Part shown: piece after piece, positions 51,724 through 60,434 of the stretch
Layout: each line of letters begins with the position of its first letter
Position numbering within the stretch: position 1 is the stretch's first letter
NCBI GenBank assembly: GCA_964601205.1
Contig: CAZRML010000020.1
Span: 68,683-132,682 of the forward strand
Origin: an uncultured Actinomycetota bacterium
GTDB taxonomy: Bacteria > Actinomycetota > Humimicrobiia > Humimicrobiales > Humimicrobiaceae
Length of the DNA stretch: 64,000 nt
Direction of reading: 5' to 3'
The notes under the pieces: model-generated
What the model was told of the DNA's origin: nothing
Databases searched by the model: none
The model's input: the letters and a program-made list of their open reading frames with translations, nothing else
Position numbers and translations under genes: made by a program

Positions 51724-53421
51724 ATGAAGAGCGATATTGAAATTGCCCAGTCGGCTGAAATGAATCATATTAAAGAAATTGCCGGGATGATAGGTCTTAA
51801 AGAAGAATACCTGGAGCTATATGGAAATTATAAGGCAAAGGTAAAACTGGAAGTTTTAGAAGATTTCAAAGATAAGCCGGATGGCAAGTATATTGACGTT
51901 ACTGCAATTACCCCCACTCCTTTAGGAGAAGGAAAAACAGTAACAACTATCGGGCTGAGTATGGCATTAAATAAGATAGGGAAAAAGACCATAACCTGTA
52001 TAAGACAGCCTTCACTCGGTCCTGTGTTTGGCATAAAAGGAGGAGCAGCAGGCGGCGGATACTCACAGGTTCTTCCCATGGAAGATTTTAATCTTCATTT
52101 AACCGGTGACACTCATGCTGTTGGAGTTGCCCATAATCTTCTGGCGGCATTTCTTGACACTCACATCATGAAAGGGAATAAACTCAATATAGACCCCTTC
52201 AGCATTACCTTAAACAGGGTTGTTGACGTGAGCGATAGGGCGTTAAGAAACATTATAATAGGCCTGGGCGGGCCTTTAAACGGTGTCCCGAGAGAAACGG
52301 GATATGATATAACCGTTGCTTCTGAAGTGATGGCTATTCTTGCCCTGACTACGGGGCTCAAGGACATTCGCAAAAGACTGGCAAGAATGGTAATAGGCTC
52401 TACCTATGATGGTGAGCCTGTAACCGCCGAGGATTTAAAATGTGCCGGTTCCATGACCGTTCTCCTTAAAGATGCAATAAAGCCCAATCTTCTTCAAACC
52501 ATTGAACACACACCCTGCTTTGTTCATGCCGGTCCCTTTGCAAATATAGCGCACGGTAATAGCTCGGTACTGGCGGACCAGATAGCAATAAAGATGGGAG
52601 ATTATGTGGTAACCGAAAGTGGTTTTGGTGCTGATTGCGGAGCCGAAAAATTTATGAATATTAAGTGCAGGTATTCAGGGTTAAAGCCAGATGCTGTGGT
52701 TATAGTGGCTACAGTAAGGGCATTAAAAATGCACGGCGGTGTGTTTGAATTTATTCCCGGTAAGGGCGTTGACACCAATCTCATGAATAAGCCTGATGTT
52801 GAAGGAGTGATAAAAGGATGCAGCAACCTGGAAAAAATGATAGAGAATATGAAGCTTTTTGGAGTACCTGTAGTAGTGGCCATAAATCATTTTGAGACAG
52901 ATTCGGAAGAAGAGATAGAAGCTATCAGGGAAAGTTCCATTAATGCAGGAGCAGAGGATGCTGTTGTTAGCAAAGTATGGCTGAATGGAGGAAATGGTGG
53001 ATTGGAGCTGGCTGAGGCTGTGGCCAGGGCAGCAGAAAAGAAATCAGAATTTAAATTTCTTTATCCGCTGGATTGGCCGATAAGGAAGAAGATTGAGGAA
53101 ATTGCAACCAAAATCTACGGGGCAGATGGAGTAGATTATCTCCCGGAGGCTGAAAGCAAGATAGAATTGTATACCAGACAGGGATTTGATAAAATGCCTG
53201 TCTGCATGGCAAAAACCCATCTTTCCCTGAGCCATGACCCGCAGCTTAAAGGGAGACCTACAGGATTCACTGTACCAATAAGGGATGTAAGGGCGTCCGT
53301 GGGCGCGGGATTCCTGTATCCTCTGCTGGGAACGATGAGAACCATGCCCGGGCTGCCGGAAGTTCCGGCAGGAACAAAAGTAGACATAGACGAAGATGGT
53401 AATATTGTGGGATTGTTTTAG
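51724..53421 (+). CDS. fhs: formate--tetrahydrofolate ligase
   Basis: PTPLGEGKTVTTIGL nucleotide-binding motif. Full-length FTHFS. Confidence 0.9.
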   Translation: MKSDIEIAQSAEMNHIKEIAGMIGLKEEYLELYGNYKAKVKLEVLEDFKDKPDGKYIDVTAITPTPLGEGKTVTTIGLSMALNKIGKKTITCIRQPSLGPVFGIKGGAAGGGYSQVLPMEDFNLHLTGDTHAVGVAHNLLAAFLDTHIMKGNKLNIDPFSITLNRVVDVSDRALRNIIIGLGGPLNGVPRETGYDITVASEVMAILALTTGLKDIRKRLARMVIGSTYDGEPVTAEDLKCAGSMTVLLKDAIKPNLLQTIEHTPCFVHAGPFANIAHGNSSVLADQIAIKMGDYVVTESGFGADCGAEKFMNIKCRYSGLKPDAVVIVATVRALKMHGGVFEFIPGKGVDTNLMNKPDVEGVIKGCSNLEKMIENMKLFGVPVVVAINHFETDSEEEIEAIRESSINAGAEDAVVSKVWLNGGNGGLELAEAVARAAEKKSEFKFLYPLDWPIRKKIEEIATKIYGADGVDYLPEAESKIELYTRQGFDKMPVCMAKTHLSLSHDPQLKGRPTGFTVPIRDVRASVGAGFLYPLLGTMRTMPGLPEVPAGTKVDIDEDGNIVGLF

Positions 53422-53496
53422 TGATAGAGTTTTAATTTAAAATGTACAATTTAGGATATAATTTTTTGTGTTTTATTGAAATCTTTAATAATAGGG

Positions 53497-54423
53497 GTGA
53501 TTAAAATAGCCAGATTAATTGATGGAAAAAAGATATCAGAGGATATTAAGAAGGAAGTAGCTGAAGAAGCTAAAGAATTTAAAAAAAACAGTAATATTAC
53601 ACCGGGCCTGGCGGTAATACTGGTGGGGGAAAACCCTGCTTCAAAGGTGTATGTAAGCAGCAAGCAGAAGGCATGTGATGAGGCCGGATTCTACTCCGAG
53701 ACCATAAAGATGGATGAGGATGTGTCTACCGGTGATATACTGAACGAGCTCCACAACCTCAATAATAGAAGGGACATACACGGCATGCTGGTACAGCTTC
53801 CGCTGCCCCCTCATATAGATAACGCAAAAGTCCTGGAATCTATATATCCCGAGAAGGATGTGGACGGATTTCATCCTGTAAATATCGGGAAACTGGTGGC
53901 GCAGCAGGAGTGCCTGGTCCCGGCTACCCCATCCGGTATAATAGAGATGCTGAAAAGGGAAAATATTACTATAAGCGGCAAAAACGCTACCGTGGTGGGC
54001 CGCAGTAAAATAGTGGGAAAACCTGTAGCAATGCTTCTGTTAAATGAGAATGCCACGGTTACTATATGCCACAGTAAAACCAGAGATTTGAGATCCGCTA
54101 CGCTCAGTGCGGATATTATTGTCGCCGCTACCGGCCTTCCTTATTTAATTAAAGAAGATATGGTTAAGGAGGGTGCAGTGGTTATAGATGTGGGAATTAA
54201 CAGGATAAGCAAAGATAAAGCAGATAGCGCGCTTCTGGAATGGAGAAAAGAAGACTTTGAAAAGAAGGGCGTTACCCTGATTGGAGATGTGGACTTCTTG
54301 AGAGTAGAGCCCAGAGCAGGCTACATAACTCCGGTTCCGGGGGGAGTGGGCCCTATGACCATTGCCATGCTTCTTAAAAATACTTTAAAAGCAGCAAAAA
54401 TGCAGGCGGGTCAAGGTAAATAA
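53497..54423 (+). CDS. folD: bifunctional 5,10-methylene-THF dehydrogenase / methenyl-THF cyclohydrolase
   Basis: ORF 53476-54423. Motifs GLAVILVGENPASKVYVSSK and PVPGGVGPMT. Start uncertain: GTG 53497 or ATA 53506. Confidence 0.8.
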   Translation: MIKIARLIDGKKISEDIKKEVAEEAKEFKKNSNITPGLAVILVGENPASKVYVSSKQKACDEAGFYSETIKMDEDVSTGDILNELHNLNNRRDIHGMLVQLPLPPHIDNAKVLESIYPEKDVDGFHPVNIGKLVAQQECLVPATPSGIIEMLKRENITISGKNATVVGRSKIVGKPVAMLLLNENATVTICHSKTRDLRSATLSADIIVAATGLPYLIKEDMVKEGAVVIDVGINRISKDKADSALLEWRKEDFEKKGVTLIGDVDFLRVEPRAGYITPVPGGVGPMTIAMLLKNTLKAAKMQAGQGK

Positions 54424-54529
54424 AAAGCAGGAATTACTAATTAAAAACGGGGCATTAACACACCGGTGTCCGGATAAAATATAGGGCACCGGAAGAATAA
54501 GCTTTCGATGTTTAAATGACAGAGCAATA

Positions 54530-55591
54530 TTATCTGAGCAATATAATCTGGTCATTTATTTTAAATATAAAAATTATCTGGAACAGCAGTATCAGGACAA
54601 AGCACGCGCACATCAGTATTCTTGGTAACATGCGGCTGTAGATTTTATTCGGATTGGTCCTGGAAATAGAATTTATTCTGTTTCTTAATTTAATCCTGTC
54701 AAATAAATTAAATGGTGAGATTGAAGATTGGCCGGTTCTTCCTGAAGCATGTTTTGAAACAGGACTGAATTTCATTTTTAAAATGATATTTAGAATACTT
54801 TTTGATATTTCCTTTTTGGATTTGCCCGAGTACCTTAACACAAGCTTATCACTGTCTTTTTCCTGTTCGCACCTTATCAGCTGATAGGCGATATAGGCAA
54901 AAGGATTAAAAAATAAAAGGTCTCTTAATATTAACGCTATCCATCCGGTAATATTATCTTTTCGTTTAATATGTGATAGTTCGTGCTGTATCAAAACTTC
55001 TTTTTCATTTAAAGTCAGTCTTTCCATTAAATTTGGTGATAAAAAAACAGTATAATTTTTTATCCCGGCAACAAAGGGCGAGGAATAATCCCTGTGGGTA
55101 AGACTTACGGCAGGTATCTTAATATTTATTTTACCGGTATAGCTATCCATGATGTTATATATCTCCGGCACATCTTTTCTAAAAACCGTCTCTTCATAAG
55201 ACAGTTCCCTGTAAAAGAAAAGAATATTGAGCCATCTTGCTATGAGTACAAAAATAATGATTACAGATACCGAGGAAAGGATAAAATAATTAATTTCAGA
55301 AATAAGATGCGGGCTTTTTTCAGAAATATCAAAATCTCTGACTATATTGTTCGGGTCGGGCAGCCTTAGCAAACCCGCAAACGTCCTTGACTGAAGATAC
55401 TGCCCGGCGTTATTGATTTTTTCTGCAACAATTATAAATGGTTTTATAAGTGGTATGAAAAAAAATAATATTCTTATGTTTGAATCCTTTATCCTGAACA
55501 CAGAAAGGAAAAACAGGACCAGAACCAGGCTTGCGAAGCTTGTATAAATAATGGGTATAATATAGTTTATCAGTACCTTTGAAAAAAACAT
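54530..55591 (-). CDS. M56-family integral-membrane metalloprotease (BlaR1/MecR1-like) without an extracellular sensor domain
   Basis: Polytopic N-terminus. HExxH motif HELSHIKRKDN. No PBP/beta-lactamase-like domain. Sits downstream of blaI. Confidence 0.7.
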   Translation of the reverse strand: MFFSKVLINYIIPIIYTSFASLVLVLFFLSVFRIKDSNIRILFFFIPLIKPFIIVAEKINNAGQYLQSRTFAGLLRLPDPNNIVRDFDISEKSPHLISEINYFILSSVSVIIIFVLIARWLNILFFYRELSYEETVFRKDVPEIYNIMDSYTGKINIKIPAVSLTHRDYSSPFVAGIKNYTVFLSPNLMERLTLNEKEVLIQHELSHIKRKDNITGWIALILRDLLFFNPFAYIAYQLIRCEQEKDSDKLVLRYSGKSKKEISKSILNIILKMKFSPVSKHASGRTGQSSISPFNLFDRIKLRNRINSISRTNPNKIYSRMLPRILMCACFVLILLFQIIFIFKINDQIILLR

Positions 55592-55827
55592 AAAACCGGA
55601 TAATTATATAATAATACTAAAGATGAGCATAGCCCATCTTTATTCTAATAACAGAAATAAAAACAAAAAATAAACAGTTTCTAAAATATATTATTAGCCA
55701 ATGCCCTATAGTAGCAGAAAATATTCCGGCCTGTATCCCATGTAATTTCTATGCAGTCTTTACCTGAAATAAGCTAACCGGATACTCTGCAGGATTTCAG
55801 GTAAATTCAGTAGATATAACCACGTTT

Positions 55828-56277
55828 CTAGTATTTATCTATTTCTTTTAATAACTTTTCTATTCCTTCTCTGGATATATTTTTGCTATCAGATAGGAAT
55901 TTGGAAACCATGCCACTTGTACTTTCCTCAAGCAATTTCTCGGAGACTGATTTTATTATTCTTTTTGAAAGCTCCTTTTTGTCAACTGCGGCAGAATAAA
56001 GGTAAGTTTTGGAAGTTTTATCCTGCTTTAGCAGACCTTTCTCTGAAAGAGTGGTCATTGTTGACATTACGGTGGTATAGGGAATGAATCCATGTTCCTT
56101 GCTTTCAATTTCTTTTCGGAGCATGTCTTCGTGCACTTCCCTGACTGTCACTCTGCCCTTTTTCCAGATGATTTTCATGATCTCAGCTTCCAGATTGCTT
56201 ATGCTGTTCAGGCCATTTATCCCTATTTCTTCTGACTTCTTCTTAACTTCGTCACTTTTAGCCATTTTTGTCACCAA
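55828..56277 (-). CDS. blaI: BlaI/MecI/CopY-family winged-helix transcriptional repressor
   Basis: LEAEIMKIIWKKGRVTVREV...YTTVMSTMTTLSEKGLL penicillinase-repressor fold. Confidence 0.8.
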   Translation of the reverse strand: MVTKMAKSDEVKKKSEEIGINGLNSISNLEAEIMKIIWKKGRVTVREVHEDMLRKEIESKEHGFIPYTTVMSTMTTLSEKGLLKQDKTSKTYLYSAAVDKKELSKRIIKSVSEKLLEESTSGMVSKFLSDSKNISREGIEKLLKEIDKY

Positions 56278-56866
56278 CCCTCATTTTTGTATGTTTGTTA
56301 TCGTCTAAATAAAGCTTGAAATACTTTATATTATTTTAAAGTAAAAATCAAATTAACTTATTAATTTATATTTACAGCAAATATTGAAATATTTTTTTAT
56401 CCATTTTAACCAAAAATTATAAAAATGATGATATTAATATATAATATTATTATAGTATATTGTATATGCTAACATATAATGAGTAGTAAATAAATTTTTT
56501 TTTCTTTCTTGCCAGCTGGGTAATGATTACCATGCAGTAATTGCCATACCCGCAATGCCTGCAATTACTATAAGATTATCAGACAAATCATTGATAAAGC
56601 TGGTAAATATAAGATAAGTTATGTTGTAATTAATTTTCAGGGTATTAAAAATGTAAATACACTACGGTATAAGCGGCGGGCAGAATATTTGCTTCCGGGT
56701 ATTCTTAAAGGTACCTGATTTATCCGGTTTTAGGCTGGAGATACGGGTTTTAAAAATGTGTTCCGTTTTTAGCCAAAAGAGTGTAAACTCTATAAAGCAA
56801 AGCCGGCATAGGCCAGCAGAAATATTAATAGAAAAATGGCTAAAGATATTGAATAGATTTTTGTAA

Positions 56867-57679
56867 ATGTTTTTTTATATTAGACAAAACAGAAAAAAAG
56901 CTCCTTTAATTATCATAAGTTTATTATTTTACTGTGCAGTCTTTTTTTTGTTATTTTATTCTGCCGGGTGCGGAGCCTCCCGCAATTTAATTGAAGCTCC
57001 TGATGCCGGTAGTGATGAATCAAAACTTATAGTTGGATGTGACCCGTCCTATCCTGTTTTTGAATTTCTTGAGGATGGAAATATTGTGGGCTTTGATGTA
57101 GATATTGCCCGGGAGATTGCCAGCAGGATGGGAAGAGAATTAAAGATAGTCACAATTGACTGGAAAGAAACCTACGGGATGCCCCCGGATCTGGAGCTTG
57201 ACATGGTGATATCTGCGGTTCCCATAATTTCTGAAGGAAATAATAAAATTGCTTTATCGGTTCCTTATTTTACCATGGAATACATGTCAGTAGTCTTAAA
57301 TGAAACTGATATAAAGACCATAGAAAAACTTAAAGGTGAAGCTGTGGGGATACTGGGTATTGAAAAAAAATACCTGGATGAAGATTATCTGCTTGATTAT
57401 AACATCGTGGAATATAACGATGTGGTGGTTATGGTTGATGACCTGAAAAATAAAAGTATTGATGGAATATTAATTTCCCTTCCCATGGGAGTCAATCTAT
57501 TAACCGGGAATACCAGTATATATAAAGTGCTTGAAGTCGTAAAATCAAATGAAGAGTTTGGCATTGTTCTTAAGCAGGACAGTGCCCTGATAGAAGAGGT
57601 CAATAAAATACTGGAAGAAATTAAAAGTGACTGGACCTATGATGAAATTTATGACAGGTGGTTTGATTATAGTTCCTGA
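56867..57679 (+). CDS. type-3 (amino-acid/polar) periplasmic solute-binding lipoprotein, orphan
   Basis: Signal peptide plus lipobox SAGCG. SBP_bac_3-like fold. No permease or ATPase genes nearby. Confidence 0.65.
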   Translation: MFFYIRQNRKKAPLIIISLLFYCAVFFLLFYSAGCGASRNLIEAPDAGSDESKLIVGCDPSYPVFEFLEDGNIVGFDVDIAREIASRMGRELKIVTIDWKETYGMPPDLELDMVISAVPIISEGNNKIALSVPYFTMEYMSVVLNETDIKTIEKLKGEAVGILGIEKKYLDEDYLLDYNIVEYNDVVVMVDDLKNKSIDGILISLPMGVNLLTGNTSIYKVLEVVKSNEEFGIVLKQDSALIEEVNKILEEIKSDWTYDEIYDRWFDYSS

Positions 57680-57982
57680 TGGGCAGTACTGACGGTATTC
57701 TCCAGCCGGTGTAAGGTTCTAAAAAAATCTTAACTGATTTTCATGTTTACTTATGAATTAATTTTAATAATTTTCTGAATATTATAAAATTCTTATAGAT
57801 TTTCAATAAATTAGTCAGAATTATATTATTATTGTATTGAATTGGAAAAAAATAGTGATAGAATGATTTAAGGGCAAGTTAATGTAGGCGTCCAAAAGTT
57901 TGAACACTTGCCCTTATCATATTAATGAGAAATAATTTCTTAATACAGTATCAATACACTGTTTATTCTCCATCTGGCCCTA

Positions 57983-58030
57983 TCATTCGGCAATCCTGGC
58001 ATAGATAATGAGCTTTCTGGTTATGCACAT
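57983..58030 (-). pseudogene. 15-codon remnant duplicating the sortase C-terminus (MCITRKLIIYARIAE*)
   Basis: Minus-strand translation of 58030-57983 matches the last 13 codons of the sortase (ATRRLIIYARIAE*). An in-frame TAA lies just upstream. Confidence 0.5.
57985..58021. repeat. left copy of a 37-bp imperfect direct repeat (34/37 identical) flanking the ATPase gene
   Basis: ATTCGGCAATCCTGGCATAGATAATGAGCTTTCTGGT against ATTCAGCAATCCTGGCATAGATAATAAGCCTTCTGGT at 59340-59376. Confidence 0.8.
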
Positions 58031-58081
58031 ACCGATAATTTGCAAACTTGACTTTGTAAATTATCGGGTTAAAATGTAAGT

Positions 58082-59332
58082 ATGATAAAGAGAATATTAT
58101 TAGATAAGTTAAAGTCTCATTTAAAAAAGAAGGAATTCAGCCTGATAATCGGTCCAAGGCAGTCCGGTAAAACTACTTTGATGCTTCTTCTTAAGGACTA
58201 TCTTATTAAAAAAGGCGAAAAAGTTGTTTTTCTAAATCTTGACGTTGAATCAGACAGGGTACATTTTTTGTCTCAGGAGAAACTAATAAATAAAATAAAA
58301 CTTGAGCTGGGAAGCGCGAAAGGTTTTGTATTTATAGATGAGATCCAGAGAAAAGAAAATGCCGGGTTATTTCTTAAAGGAATCTATGATATTGAACTGC
58401 CCTATAAATTTATTATTTCCGGCTCCGGCAGTCTTGAACTGAAGGAAAAAATTCATGAATCACTGGCCGGGCGTAAAAGAATTTTTGAACTTACAACGGT
58501 TAGTTTTACAGAGTTTGTAAATTACCGGACAGGTTACAGATACGAGGATAATCTTTATGATTTTTTCAGAGTTGAAAATGAGAAAACCGGAGAACTTTTA
58601 AATGAATATTTGCATTTTGGAGGATACCCGAGGGTAGTTACTGCGGAATCCGTTGAAGAAAAGAAAAAAGAGATTGATGAAATTTACCGGAGTTATATAG
58701 AAAAAGATATCTCTTTTCTTTTAAATATTCAGAAGATAGAAAAAGTATCCAGTCTTGTTAAACTCCTTGCTTCTCAGACAGGAAAGCTGGTAAATTATTC
58801 CGAAGTTTCAAATACCATCGGTTTATCTACCGAAACAGTAAAAAAATATTTATGGTATCTTGAAAAGACTTTTATTGTGAGAAGAGTTGCCCCTTTTTAC
58901 AGAAATATAAGAAAAGAGATTACAAAGTCTCCTGTCTATTACTTTCATGATTTAGGTTTTAAAAATTATTTACTGGGATTGTTTACTGGTTTTGATGAGA
59001 TTACTTACGGGGGCTTTTTATTTCAAAATTTTATCTATAACATTTTACAGAGTATATATTATGAAAGCCCATCATCAATAAACTTCTGGAGGACACTTGA
59101 TAAGGCAGAGGTTGATTTTGTTATCTCATCAGGAGCAGGTTTCTTCCCACTGGAAGTAAAATATAAGGTTCTTAAATCCAGAAAAATTGGAAGGTCTCTT
59201 AGAAGTTTTATTGAAAAATACGACCCGGGAAGAGCATTTATTGTAAGTTTAAATTATAGCGATAAAGTTAAAATAAATAATACCGAAGTTATTTTTTTAC
59301 CATATTGCGGATTGTGGAATATTAAGAAATAA
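58082..59332 (+). CDS. AAA-superfamily ATPase with C-terminal DUF4143 domain
   Basis: Walker A GPRQSGKTT. AAA_14-like N-terminal half and DUF4143-like C-terminal half. TTGACT-N17-TAAAAT promoter at 58044-58071. Confidence 0.75.
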   Translation: MIKRILLDKLKSHLKKKEFSLIIGPRQSGKTTLMLLLKDYLIKKGEKVVFLNLDVESDRVHFLSQEKLINKIKLELGSAKGFVFIDEIQRKENAGLFLKGIYDIELPYKFIISGSGSLELKEKIHESLAGRKRIFELTTVSFTEFVNYRTGYRYEDNLYDFFRVENEKTGELLNEYLHFGGYPRVVTAESVEEKKKEIDEIYRSYIEKDISFLLNIQKIEKVSSLVKLLASQTGKLVNYSEVSNTIGLSTETVKKYLWYLEKTFIVRRVAPFYRNIRKEITKSPVYYFHDLGFKNYLLGLFTGFDEITYGGFLFQNFIYNILQSIYYESPSSINFWRTLDKAEVDFVISSGAGFFPLEVKYKVLKSRKIGRSLRSFIEKYDPGRAFIVSLNYSDKVKINNTEVIFLPYCGLWNIKK

Positions 59333-59337
59333 ATTTA

Positions 59338-59994
59338 TTATTCAGCAATCCTGGCATAGATAATAAGCCTTCTGGTGGCAAAATATTTAGGGTGGCATGT
59401 GGAAAGCACCAGAGAGGGATATTCTGTATTTTCCAGCACCGTCATGTCTGTGGGGAGCGCTGATTCCTGGCCCGTCACAAGATAGGTGAATTTTTCATTT
59501 CCTTCGGTCTCAATTAATATCTCATCACCTTCCTCAAGTTCATCCACTCTGTTAAACGGAGCCCCGTAAGTGGTCCTGTGTCCTGCAACCAGGCAGGTTC
59601 CGTCTTCACCCGGAAGGGCCGAAGAGATATAGTGGCCGGGCCCTTCTCTTAAAGTCAGGTAATCGGTACCCTCGTTTACGATCCAGTCCACATCAATTGT
59701 AGGGATGGTAATCCTGAAGGGGAGTTTTTTTTCGGAGTCAATAAGTACGGTTTCTTTTTCCAGCTCATTACCGGTTTCCCCGTCTCCTTTTATGGCTGCA
59801 TTATTCTCTGATAACACAAGGTCCTTATCCCAGGAGGTAAGCATGTCCACCTCTCTTCTTGCCATAACAAAGTTTATATAAAAGGGCCAAGCGATAATTA
59901 CAATCCCTATTACTATAAGAGCTATTCCCCCGTACCTTATAATCTTTCTTTTATGGTAGGTAATGAACCTTTTTATTTTAGAAATTATGTTCAT
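59338..59994 (-). CDS. sortase-family cysteine transpeptidase (single N-terminal TM anchor)
   Basis: Catalytic His in LVAGHRTTYG. TLxTC motif LVLSTCHP. Conserved Arg in ATRRLIIYARI. Confidence 0.8.
   Translation of the reverse strand: MNIISKIKRFITYHKRKIIRYGGIALIVIGIVIIAWPFYINFVMARREVDMLTSWDKDLVLSENNAAIKGDGETGNELEKETVLIDSEKKLPFRITIPTIDVDWIVNEGTDYLTLREGPGHYISSALPGEDGTCLVAGHRTTYGAPFNRVDELEEGDEILIETEGNEKFTYLVTGQESALPTDMTVLENTEYPSLVLSTCHPKYFATRRLIIYARIAE
59340..59376. repeat. right copy of the 37-bp direct repeat (overlaps the sortase 3' end)
   Basis: See the left copy at 57985-58021. Confidence 0.8.
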
Positions 59995-60114
59995 AAGCGA
60001 AATATTAGCATTATTTTTTTATTAATAAAATTTTTTTATTTTTGTGACTGATAAATATTAATTGTGGAATAATATAGAATAATTATAGAATTTTAAAAAA
60101 AGTTTTAAAAAAGT

Positions 60115-60144
60115 TTGACATTTTTGTTAAAAATATTATATAAT
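60115..60144 (+). promoter_or_regulatory. strong sigma-70-type promoter (TTGACA-N18-TATAAT) in the sortase/adhesin intergenic region
   Basis: TTGACA at 60115-60120, followed 18 nt later by TATAAT. Confidence 0.55.
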
Positions 60145-60151
60145 TTCATCA

Positions 60152-60322
60152 AAGATTTGTAATATTTATATAAGGATTTAAAGAAGGTCCTAATATAGCA
60201 ATAAAATTTAATTATTGTAATTTTTTAAAATTTAGAAGCTTTGAAACTTTTCTCTAATTTGGACGCTTGAGAAAAGTGGAGCAAGTAGCGAAACCGACTA
60301 AATGGGTCGGTTTTTGTTTTTT
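60152..60322 (+). ncRNA. candidate ~170-nt small RNA or terminated leader
   Basis: Bounded by the promoter at 60115 and a terminator hairpin at 60291-60322. No ATG-initiated ORF inside. A second weaker hairpin + T-run lies at 60345-60377. Confidence 0.3.
60291..60322 (+). terminator. intrinsic terminator hairpin + U-tract, 113 nt upstream of the adhesin start
   Basis: AAACCGAC-TAAATGG-GTCGGTTT followed by TTGTTTTTTT. The reverse strand lacks a U-tract. Confidence 0.6.
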
Positions 60323-60434
60323 TGAGAACTATTAAGTAATTGAACCAGACTGGCTTTTAAGACCAGTTTTTAGATATAAATAATTATATAAAGAGATTAT
60401 TAGAATAAAAAAAATTAAAAATGTGAGGTATAAA

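Noticed and set aside
54654-55369. Plus-strand ORFs 54654-54884 and 55094-55369, and 56084-56308
   Set aside because: Antisense to the M56 protease and blaI genes.
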